Shown in pieces: positions 1 through 16,016 of a stretch of 64,000 bases of DNA. The stretch is taken from assembly GCA_951406725.2 (NCBI GenBank), contig OX597827.1, positions 11,160,001 through 11,224,000 of the forward strand. The letters run 5' to 3'. The stretch comes from Octopus vulgaris (Eukaryota). The notes beneath the pieces were generated by a model. The model was given only the letters and a program-made list of their open reading frames with translations, did not search any database and had not been told where the DNA came from. Each line of letters opens with the position of its first letter. The first letter of the stretch is position 1. Both the position numbers and the translations under genes were made by a program.

Positions 1-435
1 GTGTGTGTGTATGTGTGTGAGCTCATATAAAGTGTAAATAAATCACTGTTACACAGAAGGTAAACAGTAAACGCAGCAACTGTAGTCACATGTTCTACTT
101 GCATTGATTGAATTCAGTACAATGCATTAATTGAATATAATAAACAATTTGAGAACATTCGATACAGAAATATCATCGCCAATGTGTATTGAAGTATGCA
201 TTTGTCAATTCTGAATAAATAAATAAATACACACACAAATACATATATATATGTATATATGTATATATGTATATATATATCTATGTTTGTTGTGTCTTTT
301 TTTTTTTGTGGTTTTTGTTACTTTATTTGTACTTGTTTATGTTTGAAACTTGATTTGCATCTGTTTTTTTTATATATTAAGGGCTTCTTGTTTATAATCA
401 GTTAAAAAAAATATGGTGGTACTGATGCTGCTGCT

Positions 436-437
436 GT

Positions 438-532
<95 letters not shown>

Positions 533-634
533 GTGATGGAGATGAGAACTATGACAGGATTATAACGGCGACAGCAACGATGACGACGTCGACAATGCTG
601 GCAACAACAATGACGATGATGACGGCAACAATGG

Positions 635-680
<46 letters not shown>

Positions 681-710
681 CAGTGATGAGGATGATGATG
701 ATGATGATGT

Positions 711-742
<32 letters not shown>

Positions 743-872
743 TTGATGATGATGATGATGACAACGATGATGATGCTGATGATGACATCGCCGATGATGA
801 CGACGATGACGACAACGACAACGACGACGATGATAATGATGATGATGTTATTCGTGATGGTCATGATGATGA
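436..872. repeat. (GAT)n/(GAC)n trinucleotide microsatellite
   Basis: Direct inspection. Confidence 0.95.
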
Positions 873-928
873 TAAAAATTGTCATATCCCATTCTTTACA
901 TTTTAACATAATTATTGGTCAGAAAATC

Positions 929-971
<43 letters not shown>

Positions 972-1022
972 CATTCACAAATACACACATGCACACTTGC
1001 ACACTGTCTCTCTTTCACATTG

Positions 1023-1517
<495 letters not shown>

Positions 1518-1632
1518 AAACATTCACAAACACACCATCATGCACACGAGAAGTAGCAGCAAAGCAAATATGATGAATGAGGCAAATAACAGCTGTGATT
1601 ACAAGCATACAGAAGCATACACACAGACACAG

Positions 1633-1684
<52 letters not shown>

Positions 1685-2575
1685 CATGGAAGAGCAAGAG
1701 AGAAAGAGCAACAGAAAAAGAGAGAGAGAGAAAGAATATATGAATGAATGAATGCCTTCACTTCAAGATATAGGCAATTCAGTTACCCTAGGAAAGTGCT
1801 GTCTTCATTTTAATATAAATTCTTGGAAAACAAATTGCATTATTTTTATGGATTGGATTCTTCTCCAAAGAATTCAGGTGGATGTCAATAGAAACAAACA
1901 TGGGAAACATTTGATTGCATTGCTTATTTTAGCTCTGGTAATGGTTAATATGATATTTTGCAGAAAAAAAAAAAATCCCAGAAACGTAGAAAGAGTAAAT
2001 ATTATTGGTGTGTGACTGTGGAAATGTGCTTGTATAGTTGTGACTATATACTTATGCGTGTGAGCATTTTAAAACATAATATTGAAACAAACTCATCTAC
2101 TTACAATGTAATCAGTGAAGAGAATTCATCAAATAATGCTATTATTTCAACTGCATGTGATAGAAATTAAAGCTACGTGTGAGATTGATTGCCTATTTTT
2201 TTTTCTTTAATTTGCTCTACTGCTTTAATTATTTTCTGTCTGTATATGTTTAAATATGAAAGACAAAAACAAAACTATCAATGAATCAAAAAAAAAAGCG
2301 ATCAAAAACTAGAAAATAAAAAAAAAACCCTTAGATTTGACATCATGTCACCTCTTTTCATTCTCACATGATAAACAGAAGCCAGACTCCATGAAATAAA
2401 TGTGTGACCAAGGAATGTGTACTGTATGTAGGAAGTTACATTGCTTAGTGCTTGTCTGTGTCATGCATTCTTCCATCCAAGACAACAGTTTACTAGTGAT
2501 GACTGACGAAATACAGTCAACTAAATCTCAAAAGGACTAACTAAAAGATATGCATATGTACATATATATATATAC

Positions 2576-2606
<31 letters not shown>

Positions 2607-2609
2607 CAC

Positions 2610-2682
<73 letters not shown>

Positions 2683-2801
2683 CATTTATATATATGTATA
2701 TGTGTACGAATATGCATATATATATACATATACACATATACATGCATAAATGTATATGTATGTTTATATATATATATGTATATATATGTGTGTGTGTGTA
2801 A

Positions 2802-2858
<57 letters not shown>

Positions 2859-3415
2859 CACAAACATAGAGAAAGAGAGTGTGAGGGAGATAGCTTGATA
2901 TATAGATACACAGACAGACAGAGAGACAGAGAGACAGATAGATAAATAGATAGATAGAGATGACAATTAATATTAAGTGGAAGGCAAAAGGATAAAAGAA
3001 AAATATAAACTAAACTAATACATGATATTCCATGGGGGAAAAAATTAGGGAATATATTAGAAAATATATTAGAAAAAGGAAGGTTTTTGAATCCATATAT
3101 TTTCTTGCATAAACAGAAATATTATTTGGTGTGTATGTGTGGAATGTTTTTATGAAATTTCAAAGATAAGGACCGAGGAACATTATTGAGGAGATCTGAA
3201 GAGATCTGAGAAAAACAAGTGGCAAAACAATAACAAAAGGTGAATCCATTTTCACAAACCAGAAAATTTCCTTTCCCAATTTATATGTGCGTGTGTATAT
3301 GTGTGTGTGTGTGTGTGAGTGTGTGTGTGTGTATATGTGTGTGCATATGTTTGTGTATTTATCATATGCATATGTGCGTATATCTATCTCTCTATCTCTC
3401 TATCTATCTGTCTAT

Positions 3416-3451
<36 letters not shown>

Positions 3452-3631
3452 ATGTATGTATATATACAGAGAAAGAGAGAGAGAGAGATAAAAGATAGAA
3501 AGATAGATAGGTAGATGTAGATATACAAACACATATATGTGTGTATATAATGCGTATATGTATACACACAAACACACAAACACACACACACACACACACA
3601 AAACGGATCTCTCTATATTTATATATACATG

Positions 3632-3679
<48 letters not shown>

Positions 3680-4040
3680 TATATATGGATATATGAATAT
3701 ATATATATAGAGATAGATATAGATACATACATAAAGCATACGCACACACACACACATACATGTACTTGTATGTTTGTGCATGTGCGCGTGCATGCAAACA
3801 TGTGTGTGTGTGCACATGTATGCAATGCCAAGCACATGTGATACATGAATTTGTTTTATGGAATGTATGTTTCATGGAATGTGATCATACACATTCCATA
3901 AATGAGTGCATCGTTGAGACGAACGAACGAGCATTCTTTTTTTTTTTTTTATATTTTGTTTGCTGTCTTTCCGATTATTTTTTTTTTCTTTCTTTCTTCT
4001 TCTTAATCAAATTCTATAATAAACGCATAAAATACATATA

Positions 4041-4105
<65 letters not shown>

Positions 4106-4727
4106 GATGGAGGGATCGGGAAAGACACAACTATATAGTAACTAGAATTTTCCCAGGAATTATAAATAATAAACAATGCTTTTTTATTGTTAGGGAGAGA
4201 TCTTCAAAAAACAACAAAAATACTATAAATATAGAAAGAAATTAGAAAATCCATGACACATAAAGAAATAAACAATAAAATGAAAACAATGGGAAAAAAA
4301 ATAATAATTGAAAAAAAAAAAAAAAATTAAAATAGGAGCCCCTTCCATACGCGCACACACACGCACACACACGCACACACAGAGGCACATACACACATAC
4401 ACACATACACACGCACGCGCGCACTCCCCTTAGCTTCGCACAAATTGTAAAGGCAGGCCTATAATGTAAAAGCACTAAGTGGAGGTAGCTATGATGAGTG
4501 GCATCTCTTGTCAAGTACATTGTAATGATGGTGGTGGTGGTGGTGGTGGTGGTGGCGGTGGCGGCGGCGACGGCGGTGGCGGTGGCGGCGGTGGTGGTGG
4601 TGGTGGTGGTGGTGGTGATGATGATGATGATGGTGGTGATGATGATGATGATGCTCTATATTAAGGCTGCAGAAGCTACCTTAAATTAACATATATATAT
4701 TTTATACAGATATACATACATACATAA

Positions 4728-4782
<55 letters not shown>

Positions 4783-4865
4783 CATACATATGTGTATATA
4801 TATATATGTGTATATATATATATATATATATTTATACACATATATACATATATGCATATATACAT

Positions 4866-4931
<66 letters not shown>

Positions 4932-5184
4932 CCAGCATTTCCCAAATCCTCTTTTTTTCCTCTTTTGTCATCTCTCTATGTATGCGTGTATGCGTGTATG
5001 CATGCTTGTACATGCGTGTATGTGTGTGTGTGTGTGCGTATCGTTTGATATTTCTCTCTCATTTTCCTCTGGTTGCATTGCATTTCTCTCTCCATCCATC
5101 CATCCATCTATCTTTCTACATCATGCACACACATGCATGCACACAACCAAGCACACGTACACACACACATAAATATGTGTTTAT

Positions 5185-5235
<51 letters not shown>

Positions 5236-6024
5236 TATATATATACACTCATCTATATATATAAGAGAGGCAGAGAGATAGGAGAGATAGAAAGACATAT
5301 ATCTGTCTTTCTCTTTTGATACCTCTTCAGATATCTCACTGGTTTTGTCTGTCACTCTCATCCAGCCCTATTTTTTCCCTCTCCATGTATTCCTTCATAC
5401 ATTTTGTATTATCTCCTTCTTACTTTCTCTTACTGTCTGTCTCTTCTCTTGTTCTCAGTACACATGCACAGATGTATGTGTGTACGAGATTGTGTGTGTG
5501 TGTGTGTGTGTATACATATATACATATATACATGCACACATGCATATATGTACATATACATATATATATACTTATGTACATATATATATATACTAAGACA
5601 CACACACACAGATTTTTCGCTCACCTTCACTCTTCCTTGATATGCTCATATAGACATACACAAACCTGTGGACATACATATACAAGCACGCACATGCATA
5701 TACACATTCACACGCATACACATGAACACACAGAGAAACATACACACACTTGCAAACATGCAGAAACTTACATACATATATGTACGCAATTGCTCTTAAT
5801 ACAAGCTTTCATACCACCACCACCAGTGTATCTGTACAATATCAAAAATATATACGCATGGTACATATGTACTTAAATATAAGGATAAGCACATACATGC
5901 ATTCATGAATGGGGGCATATACACACAAATGCATGTATTCACTCATAAGTGTGCATATCTCAAACATATCTATTGAATATTATGCAATATATGTATGTAT
6001 GTGTGTGTGTGTGTGTATGCCTGC

Positions 6025-6062
<38 letters not shown>

Positions 6063-6184
6063 CATATATATATACACACACATACACATGTATATACATT
6101 CATAAACATTCATATACATATGCACACAAACAGACACACACACTCACACGCATATATGTGTGTGTATATATATACGTATATATA

Positions 6185-6250
6185 TATATATGTGTAGATA
6201 GATAGATAGAGAGAAATCTAAATATATGTAGGTTTATCTATGTATATGTA

Positions 6251-6342
<92 letters not shown>

Positions 6343-7000
6343 CAGATAGATAGATAGATAAATAGATAGATACATATACATACATATATTTAGATATCTA
6401 TTTATCTCTCTTTCTATATATATACATATAGATAGATTCACACATACACACACACACCCTCTCACATGCATTTATATGTGTATGTATGTATATATATATA
6501 TGTAGATAGATAGATAGATAGATAAATTGATAGATATCTAAATATATGTATGTGTTATCTATCTATCTATTTATCTCTCCTTGTATATATATACATACAG
6601 ATAGATAGATTCACACACACACACATACACACACTCACACACATATGTGTCTATGTATGTATATACACATGTATATATATGTAGATAGATAGATAAATAG
6701 ATAGATATATATCAAAATATATGTATGTTTATCTACCTATCTATTTATCTCTCTCTCTATATATATATATATAGATAGATAGATTGACACATACACACAT
6801 ACACACACACATACAAACATACACTCACACACATATGTGTCTATGTATGTATATACACATGTATATATATGTAGATAGATAGATATATATCTAAATATAT
6901 GTATGTTTATCTACCTATCTATTTATCTCTCTCTATATATATATATACATATAGATAGATAGATTCACACATACACACATACACACACACATGCAAACAT
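6185..7000. repeat. Higher-order tandem duplication of a compound microsatellite (~190-nt units)
   Basis: gtagatagatag...aaatatatgta...tatttatctctc...gattcacac block repeated about 4 times. Confidence 0.7.
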
Positions 7001-9013
7001 ATATATTCACATACACTTGCACACATACACAAAACTATTCTATTCCTTATAAATATCTCAGCCATAACCATCAAAGAAATATGTGTTCAATATCACACGG
7101 AAACACATCTGAAATATGATATATGTACCTCAGTCTAAAGATAGACTTGTACATTTATTATAGACATGCCAGATTGTATACACTACATCTCAGTCCATGG
7201 CAATATCAGAGACAAAAATTGTTTAGATATATAAATGATTTAATTGATTCTTTCTTTGAAGAGTGGTGATGAGGTTTCTGACACTATTTGATACAAAAGG
7301 TTGTTTTTTTTCACACTGTGAACATCATCAGTAAAGCCAAACCAACTGGATTGAGACTATAATGTTGACTGACTTGGTAGCTATTGTTACAATAAAAAAT
7401 GTCCTTTCCTTTTCTTTACAAGTTAACATCTCTATGTAGTTGACCGTAACTATGGTAACATTTTAGCTGGCTTTTACAGTGGCACTATTTATTCTTACCT
7501 CTTCAACACCCATCTTTGTGTGTGTGTGTGTGTGTGTGTCTGTGCGTGTGTGTTTGTGTGTGTGTATGTGCGTGTGTATGTGTGTGTATGTTTGTGTACT
7601 TGAGTGTGTGTGTGTGCTTGTGTGTGTGTGTATCTGTGTGTGTGTGCGCACGCGCGCGTGCATTTATCTGTGTGTGTGTGTGTGTATGCCTTCCTGCACA
7701 CCCACCTCCACCCCTTTGCATTTTCTTCTCATCTCTATGGTGGCAGGAACCTTTATACGTGATTCCGATTCCGATGCTGTTGAGGCCCACTAGAGAAACA
7801 TTACCTTGCTTCATCAACAAGCACCATACAGAACTGCACTTACACCAACAGAGAATCAGATGAAACTGTAGTAAACCTTTCAACACAATTCCTCTCTCTC
7901 CTCCTTCATCTAGTAGTAACTCTCTCTCGCTGTATATATATTTCTTTTCTACATTCAAACACAACAGGCAAAAAAGCAAAATAGATAAATCCAAACATCA
8001 TTTCAATATAATTACCATTAATACAAAATATATTCAGTATTAGGTTTGAAAATAATCAAGTGATAATTAGCAGGTGAAAAATCTCTGTATGTATGTATAT
8101 ATAGATGTATATATACATATACATATATACATATATGTGTATAAAATGGTTTATGCTATTCTCCCTCTCTTCTTCCTCTCTACTCTTGGCATCCTTTCTC
8201 CTCTCCACTCACGTTACTCAATGGCTGTTTGTGAATGGTTTCTTTCTGCAGCATCGATACATTTTCTATACCTACAATTTGAATAAAATGGATAGGCGAG
8301 AAAATAAAAGGGCTTACCTGTAGTTTGTTATCCATTTGGATCCACTATGGCTGGAGACTTGTGTCGTGGAAGTCAGAGCTACTCTTCCTGCAGTAGAGCG
8401 ACAACAGTATTCACTTGGTGAGTTTGAGTCTTAAGTGAGTAGCAGAGAACCAGCAGTTCTACGGAGAATCTGCTGTGATAGTCTCACTCTGTGTCTGAGT
8501 GCGTGTGTGTTTGTGTGCATGTGTGCTTCTCTATGTGTGTGTCTGTGTCTGTGTCTGTCTGTCTGAGTGTAAGGGGAGCATGTGTGTGTGTGTTAGTCTA
8601 CTTCCCTGTGTCTCTTCCACAATCAGTGTGCAAAGGTTGGTCTGGCTTTGTGTACATATGCAAGTATTTTTACACTCAATTTGTGTGTATATATATGTAT
8701 ATATATTTGTGTATGTGTGTATATATGTAGTATTTCTATAGGTATATGACTATAGTTGCAAGTGCCCTACTTTGATCCCATACATGTGTAAGAATGTGCA
8801 TGCAAATGTATGTGCATGAATGATACACGCATATGATGAAGTATCTGTATGTATATATCTATGTATTTTTCTATATATGTATATATATATATGTGTGTGT
8901 GTGTGTATGTTTATGCATGTATATATGAATGCAACTGTATATATATATATAAATATAAATATATGTATATATATATATATATAAATGTAAATATGTATGT
9001 ATATATATATATG

Positions 9014-9069
<56 letters not shown>

Positions 9070-9163
9070 ATTATGTATGTATGTATGTATATATTTTATG
9101 TATATTGAATATAAGAATGCATGTATGTATGCTTGTATGTATATAGATGTATATAGATGTATA

Positions 9164-9198
<35 letters not shown>

Positions 9199-9414
9199 GT
9201 GTTCATTCATGCATGTCTGCCTGTGATGTGTGAATAATATTGGCCCCATTTAGGTATACAAGTGTATTTACTTGGGCATGTGTTTGATTGTCATGGTACA
9301 TATATGTACATATACATATATACATATATACATATAAAAATATATAAATATATATATATATACATATATATATATGTATATGTATATACATATATATATA
9401 TATATATGTATATG

Positions 9415-9473
<59 letters not shown>

Positions 9474-11383
9474 GCATACATATGTATGTATATGTTGTAT
9501 TCTTCTGCCTTGATGTACATGAATATATATTCAAGTACATTCACACAACAAGTATATATGTACATTTATGCACAAATTTTCCAAGGAATCTGTTTAATGT
9601 TAAGTTTTGTTATGTGTGAAGATTTCTAAGTGCATAACTTTGATATTCTGTATGTATATATAATTTGTGTATGTAAACCCATCTACCCTGAAACATGTCA
9701 GTAGATCGATTGCTAGATTAATGTATGTCTGTATATATATATACTAATATATATCTTGATGTATGAGTATATGCACGAGTATATATATATATATGTGTAT
9801 GTATGTGTGTATATATATATATATATATATGTACAAATGCATACACACATATATATATATTTATATACATATATAGACACAAATGCAAATATATTCATAT
9901 ACATACATATATATGCATGTATATGTATATATGTGTGAATATGTATTTCTAAATACGTATATAAAATGCATGTGTATGTATATATATATATTTTTTTTAT
10001 ATGTATATTTGTATGCATATACATATAAATATATATACATATATACTTGTATGTACGTGTTCTTTTTTAGAGCAAACTTATTAGAAAAAAATAATCAGAG
10101 CAAAGAACTCTAAAGATCCATTATAATGAATTTGGATCAAGCTGTAGAGAAATATAAGTTAATACCATGCACAATAAGTTCTTAATTTATTGAAATTTTG
10201 CTCAGAGTTGCAGTTAGAAAACTAACTCCTAATGGGTAATCTGAAAAAGGGGGAGATAATTTCAAGAAATCAACAATTACTTTTTCTCTTAAATTTACTT
10301 GCTCATGATGAGGAGGATGTCATATTTGTTTACAGATAAGGGACAGCTATGAACATAAGTTTTGGTATTATTAACCCTTGTTTGTACAATTTGGATAATC
10401 TTTCATATCAGAGGATAAGTTTTTACAGTTTCAAAAAAAAATGTTTCATGTATCTTTTGGCAAGAACAACTTGTATAATTAACTGTAAAATGAACTAAGG
10501 GAAATTACTCAAATGGGCCAAAGGCATGAATTTTTTACATGTGTGTACATGTGAAGGTTTGCAAAGTGGGTTGTATTTCTGAAGTTTTATGTGTATGGGT
10601 ATATGAGCAGGTATCCTGCTTTGATCATGTGTGTATAATAATGAGTCTACAAATGTATGTATATGAAAGATTCGTGCATGAAGAAGGTGTGTATATGTGT
10701 GTATTTATGTATGTATGTATGTATGTATGTTTGTGTGTGTGTGTGTATGTAAATATGCCACTTGTATTTGAACACTATACAAATATTCTTTTAAAAAACT
10801 TTTCTTTTAATTTTTCTAAATTTAATTATTTAATTGTTACAGTTGAAAAAGTCTCAATGACTGAAACCGGTACTGAAATGTTTTTTATAAAATTATTTTA
10901 GCATTTTCTATCTTGACTTTTTTCCATATATATATATATATAATGCATTTGTCTATATATACATTCATACTCACATACATACACACACACATACATACAC
11001 ACACACATACATACATACATACATGCATACATACATACATATTATATAGTTCGCTGTTCGGTTATGCTAAGATCAACAAAAGAATTACTCCATCAAGGGA
11101 AATTTGAATATTGTTGAATGTACACTGTATGAAAATAAATATTAGTAGGTCTTATTTTAATACTGCGTACATAACACTATATATAAATTTAAGTCACAAT
11201 ATATGGATTTAACTATATATATAGTAGTTTTACTCATTATCTTATATTAAACTTTTTAATACTTTTTGATAATTATATTTATTAAAAAAACATAATAAAA
11301 AGAAATAATAATGATAATAAAAATAGTAATATATATATATATATATAAGTTCAGCAACAATTTAGATTCAAATGAATATTGTG

Positions 11384-11438
<55 letters not shown>

Positions 11439-11616
11439 TTATAAGTATAAATTAATAATTTAATTAATTTTTTAAATTTTAACTTTAAATTTAAATAATT
11501 TAAATTTTGAATTTTATATTTTATATATTTTGTATATTATATTAATTAATTTTATTTCTATGTATTGGTTTATGTTTTTCACTGTTTGATTTGCCTAATA
11601 GTAGTTTTATCTCTAA

Positions 11617-11670
<54 letters not shown>

Positions 11671-11811
11671 ATATGAGCATATAGACACACATGTTTATAC
11701 GTTTATGTACATACGTGCATGCATGCATACATACATACATACATACATACATACATACATACATTCATACATACATGTATATACATGTATATATATAGTT
11801 GAAAACTAAAC

Positions 11812-12062
11812 ACACTTCATGAATGGTGCCTCAGAAAGATCATGTAGGTCAGCTGGAAGGTCTTTGTCACTGGCTGGCCAAATTCTCCATCTATCCAATC
11901 AATGGCACTCAAAACAGTTGTAAATCCGGTTCCAGGAATGAAAAGAACAGGTGAAAGTTCACTTGGTGGCAGACATTTCCAGATGACCTGAAGAGAGCGA
12001 ACTTTGCATGGAAGGGATGTGCCAGAGTACCAGCTGACCGAACACACAGTGTAGGAAGACCT
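11812..12062 (+). mobile_element. Degenerate RTE-like LINE C-terminal fragment
   Basis: HEWCLRKIM*VSWK and TWWQTFPDDLKRANFAW..ARVPADR resemble the RTE ORF C-terminus. Confidence 0.6.
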
Positions 12063-12089
12063 AAAGCTAAACATTTACATATACACACA

Positions 12090-12490
12090 GGCGCAGGAGT
12101 GGCTGTGTGGTAAGCAGCTTGCTTGCCAACCACATGGTTCCGGGTTCGGTCAGACTGCGTGGCACCTTGGGCAAGTGTCTTCTGCTATAGCCTCGGGCCG
12201 ACCAGAGCCTTGTGAGTGGATTTGGTGGACGGAAACTGAAAAGAAGCCCGTCGTATATATGTATATATATATATATATGCATGTGTGTGTGTGTTTGTGT
12301 GTCTATGTTTGTCCCCCTAGCATTGCTTGACAACTGATGCTGGTGTGTTTATATCCCCGTCACTTAGCAGTTCGGCAAAAGAGACTGATAGAATAAGTAC
12401 TGGGCTTACAAATAATAAGTCCCGGGGTCCAGTTGCTCGACTAAAGGCGGTGCTCCAGCATGGCCGCAGTCAAATGACTGAAACAAAAGA
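12090..12490 (+). mobile_element. tRNA-derived SINE family 1 (dominant, ~400-430 bp)
   Basis: A box TGGCTGTGTGG, B-box-like GGTTC, internal (TA)n/(TG)n, tail gaaacaagtaaaagag; many near-identical copies in the window. Confidence 0.9.
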
Positions 12491-12599
12491 GTATACCCAA
12501 ATACAGATACTCACACACGCACACGCTCACACATACATTCGCAGACATACACATGTGTATGTATGTGTGTGTGTTACATCTGTCTATATATATATATAT

Positions 12600-12823
12600 A
12601 TTCTTTTATTCTTTTACTCGTTTCAGTCATTTGACTTGGCCATGCTGGAGCACTGCCTTTAGTCAAAGAAATCAATCCCAGGACTTATTCTTTATAATCC
12701 TATTACTTATTCTATCAGTCACTTTAGCTGAACTGCTAAGTTACAAGGACAGAAACACACCAACATTTGTCATCAAGTGATGGCAGGTAGAGAAACGCAT
12801 ACACACACACACACACACACACG

Positions 12824-12868
<45 letters not shown>

Positions 12869-13273
12869 CTATACATATATATAGATATATATGACGGGCT
12901 TCTTTCAATTTCTGTCTACCAAATCCACTAACAAGGCTCTGGCCGGCCCGAGGCTATACTGGAAGACAGTGGCCCAAGGTGCCACACAGTGAGACTGAAC
13001 TCAGAACCAAGTAATTGGGAAGCAAGTATCTTACCACACAGCAACGCATGCGTGTATATCTTTCTTTTACTTTCTTTTACTTGTTTCAGTCATTTGGCTG
13101 TGGCCATGCTGGAGCACTGCCTATAGTCGAGCAAATCGACCCCAGGACTTATTCTTTGTAAGCTTAGTACTTATTCTATCAGTCTCTTTTGCTGAACTGC
13201 TAAGTTACGGGGACGTAAACACACCAGCATCGGTTGTCAAGCAATGCTAGTGGGGACAAACACAGATACACAA

Positions 13274-13304
<31 letters not shown>

Positions 13305-13390
13305 CATACATATATATGACGGGCTTCTTTCAGTTTCCGTCTACCGAATCCACTCACAAGGCTTTCGTCGGCCCAAGGCTATCGTAGAAG
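12600..13390 (-). mobile_element. Two SINE family 1 copies (one diverged, one 5'-truncated)
   Basis: Reverse-complement matches to 12090-12490. Confidence 0.85.
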
Positions 13391-13879
13391 GCACAAGGAG
13401 GGGGTCTTTGAATTACAGGTGCTCCTACACAGCTTTTGTATCAACAATGTATGGGACAGCTGCAAGCACTAGTAAATTATATGTACGCTTAAGTAAATTC
13501 CAACTATATAATGATATATACAGATATAAATATAGATATAAGAAAAGAGATGATAAAGGAATAAAGGATTATCTTATGCACCTCATTCATTTACAGTGGC
13601 ACTTAGCTATAAGTGCACTGCATCTTACAGCAGAAACTGCTTGAAGCTACTGAAGTACATATGATTATTGTTTTTTCCCCTTGTCGTCTCTTTTCTTATT
13701 ACTGCTCTATACTCGACTAATGCTTTATTCAAAAGTACACACACAGGTTTTTAATTCTGCACTAGGTTACTAGCATTCCAATGCGTGAGTGAAATTTATG
13801 TGTGCGTGTGTGTGTGTATATATATATATAAACACACACGCATATACATATATATATATATATATATATATTTATTTGC

Positions 13880-14080
13880 CATACTTGACTGCAAAATCTA
13901 CAAGTTTTTTTTATTCTCTCTCTCTCTCTCTCTCTGTTCATTTTCTCTTATTCCTTTCAATTGAAGAGTGTAGGCTTGAAACATAAAAGACTTTTTCATT
14001 TTCCTTAGCGTCAAACTAATACACCTGCTTGTTGTTCGTACACCTGTCTTCGTCTTTTGTTTTTCTATAAATTTCAACTA
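13880..14080 (+). mobile_element. Degenerate copy of the family seen at 39255-39440
   Basis: ttgaagagtgtaggcttgaaacataaaa and ttccttagcgtcaaactaatac parallel gatgaagagctccgctcgaaatgttaaa and ttcctgagcgtccaataatac. Confidence 0.4.
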
Positions 14081-14084
14081 TATA

Positions 14085-14319
14085 CAGGATGGCCCAAAAG
14101 TAGGTTTACAGTTATCATGTAAGCACTTTTAAATACCTTTTGAAACATTTTATTACATTTAAGTTTCTATCTTACAAACTGAAAATGGAGCTTTACAAAA
14201 TTAAACTAAATTAGCATAGAATAATGGTTTCATATTTTTTTATAATTAAGATCTAAACTGTCAATATATGAATGTGAAAGAGTTGAATAACTGTAAACCT
14301 ACTTTTGGGCCACCCAGTG
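14085..14319. mobile_element. Tc1/mariner-type MITE
   Basis: TIR tggcccaaaagtaggtttacagttat with an exact inverted copy; TA flanks. Confidence 0.8.
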
Positions 14320-14345
14320 TATACATATATACATATATATGTATA

Positions 14346-14384
<39 letters not shown>

Positions 14385-14386
<2 letters not shown>

Positions 14387-14799
14387 TTTTTTTTCTTTTT
14401 ACTTGTTTCAGTCATCTGACTGCGGCCATGTGGAGCACCGCCTTTTAGTCCAAATCGAACCCAGATCTTATTCTTTGTATGTACTTATTCTATCGAACAT
14501 GACGGGGACGTAAACATACCAGCATCGGTTGTCAAGCGATGGGGACAAACACAGACACACAAACACACACACACACATATATATATACATATATATATAC
14601 ATATATATATTATATATATTATATATATATATATATACGACAGGCTTCTTTCAGTTTCCGTCTACCAAATCCACTCACAAGGCTTTGGTCGGCCCGAGGC
14701 TATAGTAGAAGACACTTTCCCAAGGTGCCATGCAGTGGGACTGAACCTGGAACCATGTGGTTGGTAAGCAAGCTACTTACCACACAGCCACTCCTGCGC
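14385..14799 (-). mobile_element. SINE family 1
   Basis: Ends cacagccactcctgcgcc; small internal deletions. Confidence 0.9.
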
Positions 14800-15097
14800 C
14801 ATATATGTATATATTATATATATATATATAATATATATATATATATATGTAAGTTGTATTTATAATTAAAGTTTAGGTTGGAGAGTTTAAGTAGTAGTAT
14901 CCAGACCTTCTTATGGGAATGTTCCTTGTAGTGTGCCTGTACAGCTCATTCACTACTTGTGGCTACCAGGCATCATCCAGGGTAGTGCACTTTCATTGCT
15001 GGATATATGTAAGGAATTCCTCAGTGCATATTGCGTGTATTCTAAATGATTAATACAGAGGACAGAGTGCGCTGTATTCCAAGTGTACACTCTGTGT

Positions 15098-15790
15098 GAG
15101 TGGCTGTGTGCTAAGTAGCTTGCTTACCAACCACATGGTTCCGGGTTCATTCCCACTGTGTGGCACCTTGGGCAAGTGTCTTCTACTATAGCCTCGGGCC
15201 GACCAAAGCCTTGTGAGTGGATTTGGTAGACGGAAACTGAAAGAAGCCCGTCGTAATATATGTATGTATATATATATATATGCGTGTGTGTGTTTGTGTG
15301 TCTGTGTGTCTGTGTTTGTTCCCCTAGCATTGCTTGACAGCCGATGCTGGTGTGTTTATGTCCCCGTTACTTAGCGGTTCGGCAAAAGAGACCGATAGAA
15401 TAAGTACTGGGCTTATAAAAGAATAAGTGCCGGGGTCGAGTTGCTCGATTAAAGGTGGTGCTCCAGCATGGCCGCAGTCAAATGACTGAAATGAGTAAAA
15501 GAGTATGTATATATATTTATATATACATGTGTACAGGCATGGCTGTGTGGTAAGAAGCTTGCTTCCCAACCACATGGTTCCGGATTCAGTCCCACTGTGT
15601 GGCACCCTGGGCAGGTGCCTTCTTTGATAAGCCTCAGGCTATCATGGCTTGGCAACTGGTGTTGGTGTGTTTACATCCCGGTAACTTAGCGATTTGGCAA
15701 AAGAGACCAATAGAATAAGTACTAGGCTTAAAAAAAGTGGTGCCCCAGCATGGCCACAGTAAAATTACTGAAACAAATAAAAGTCTAAAA
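15098..15790 (+). mobile_element. Two tandem SINE family 1 copies
   Basis: Heads at about 15098 and 15535; the second is internally deleted. Confidence 0.88.
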
Positions 15791-15869
15791 GAAATTACAT
15801 ATATATAAATATGTGTGTGTGTGTGTATATGTGTGTATTTTCACTTATATCTATATATACATATGTATG

Positions 15870-15901
<32 letters not shown>

Positions 15902-15907
15902 TATATG

Positions 15908-15954
<47 letters not shown>

Positions 15955-15978
15955 CATATACATATATATATATGTGTG

Positions 15979-16016
<38 letters not shown>

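Noticed and set aside
2498-2520. gactgacgaaatacagtc, CTGACGA/GAAA-like
   Set aside because: The two motifs overlap, leaving no stem II; it is a simple 7-bp hairpin, not a hammerhead.
12090-12165. tRNA-like A/B boxes (also at 23430-23506, 30040 and 62747)
   Set aside because: SINE heads continuous with SINE bodies; no complete cloverleaf or terminator.
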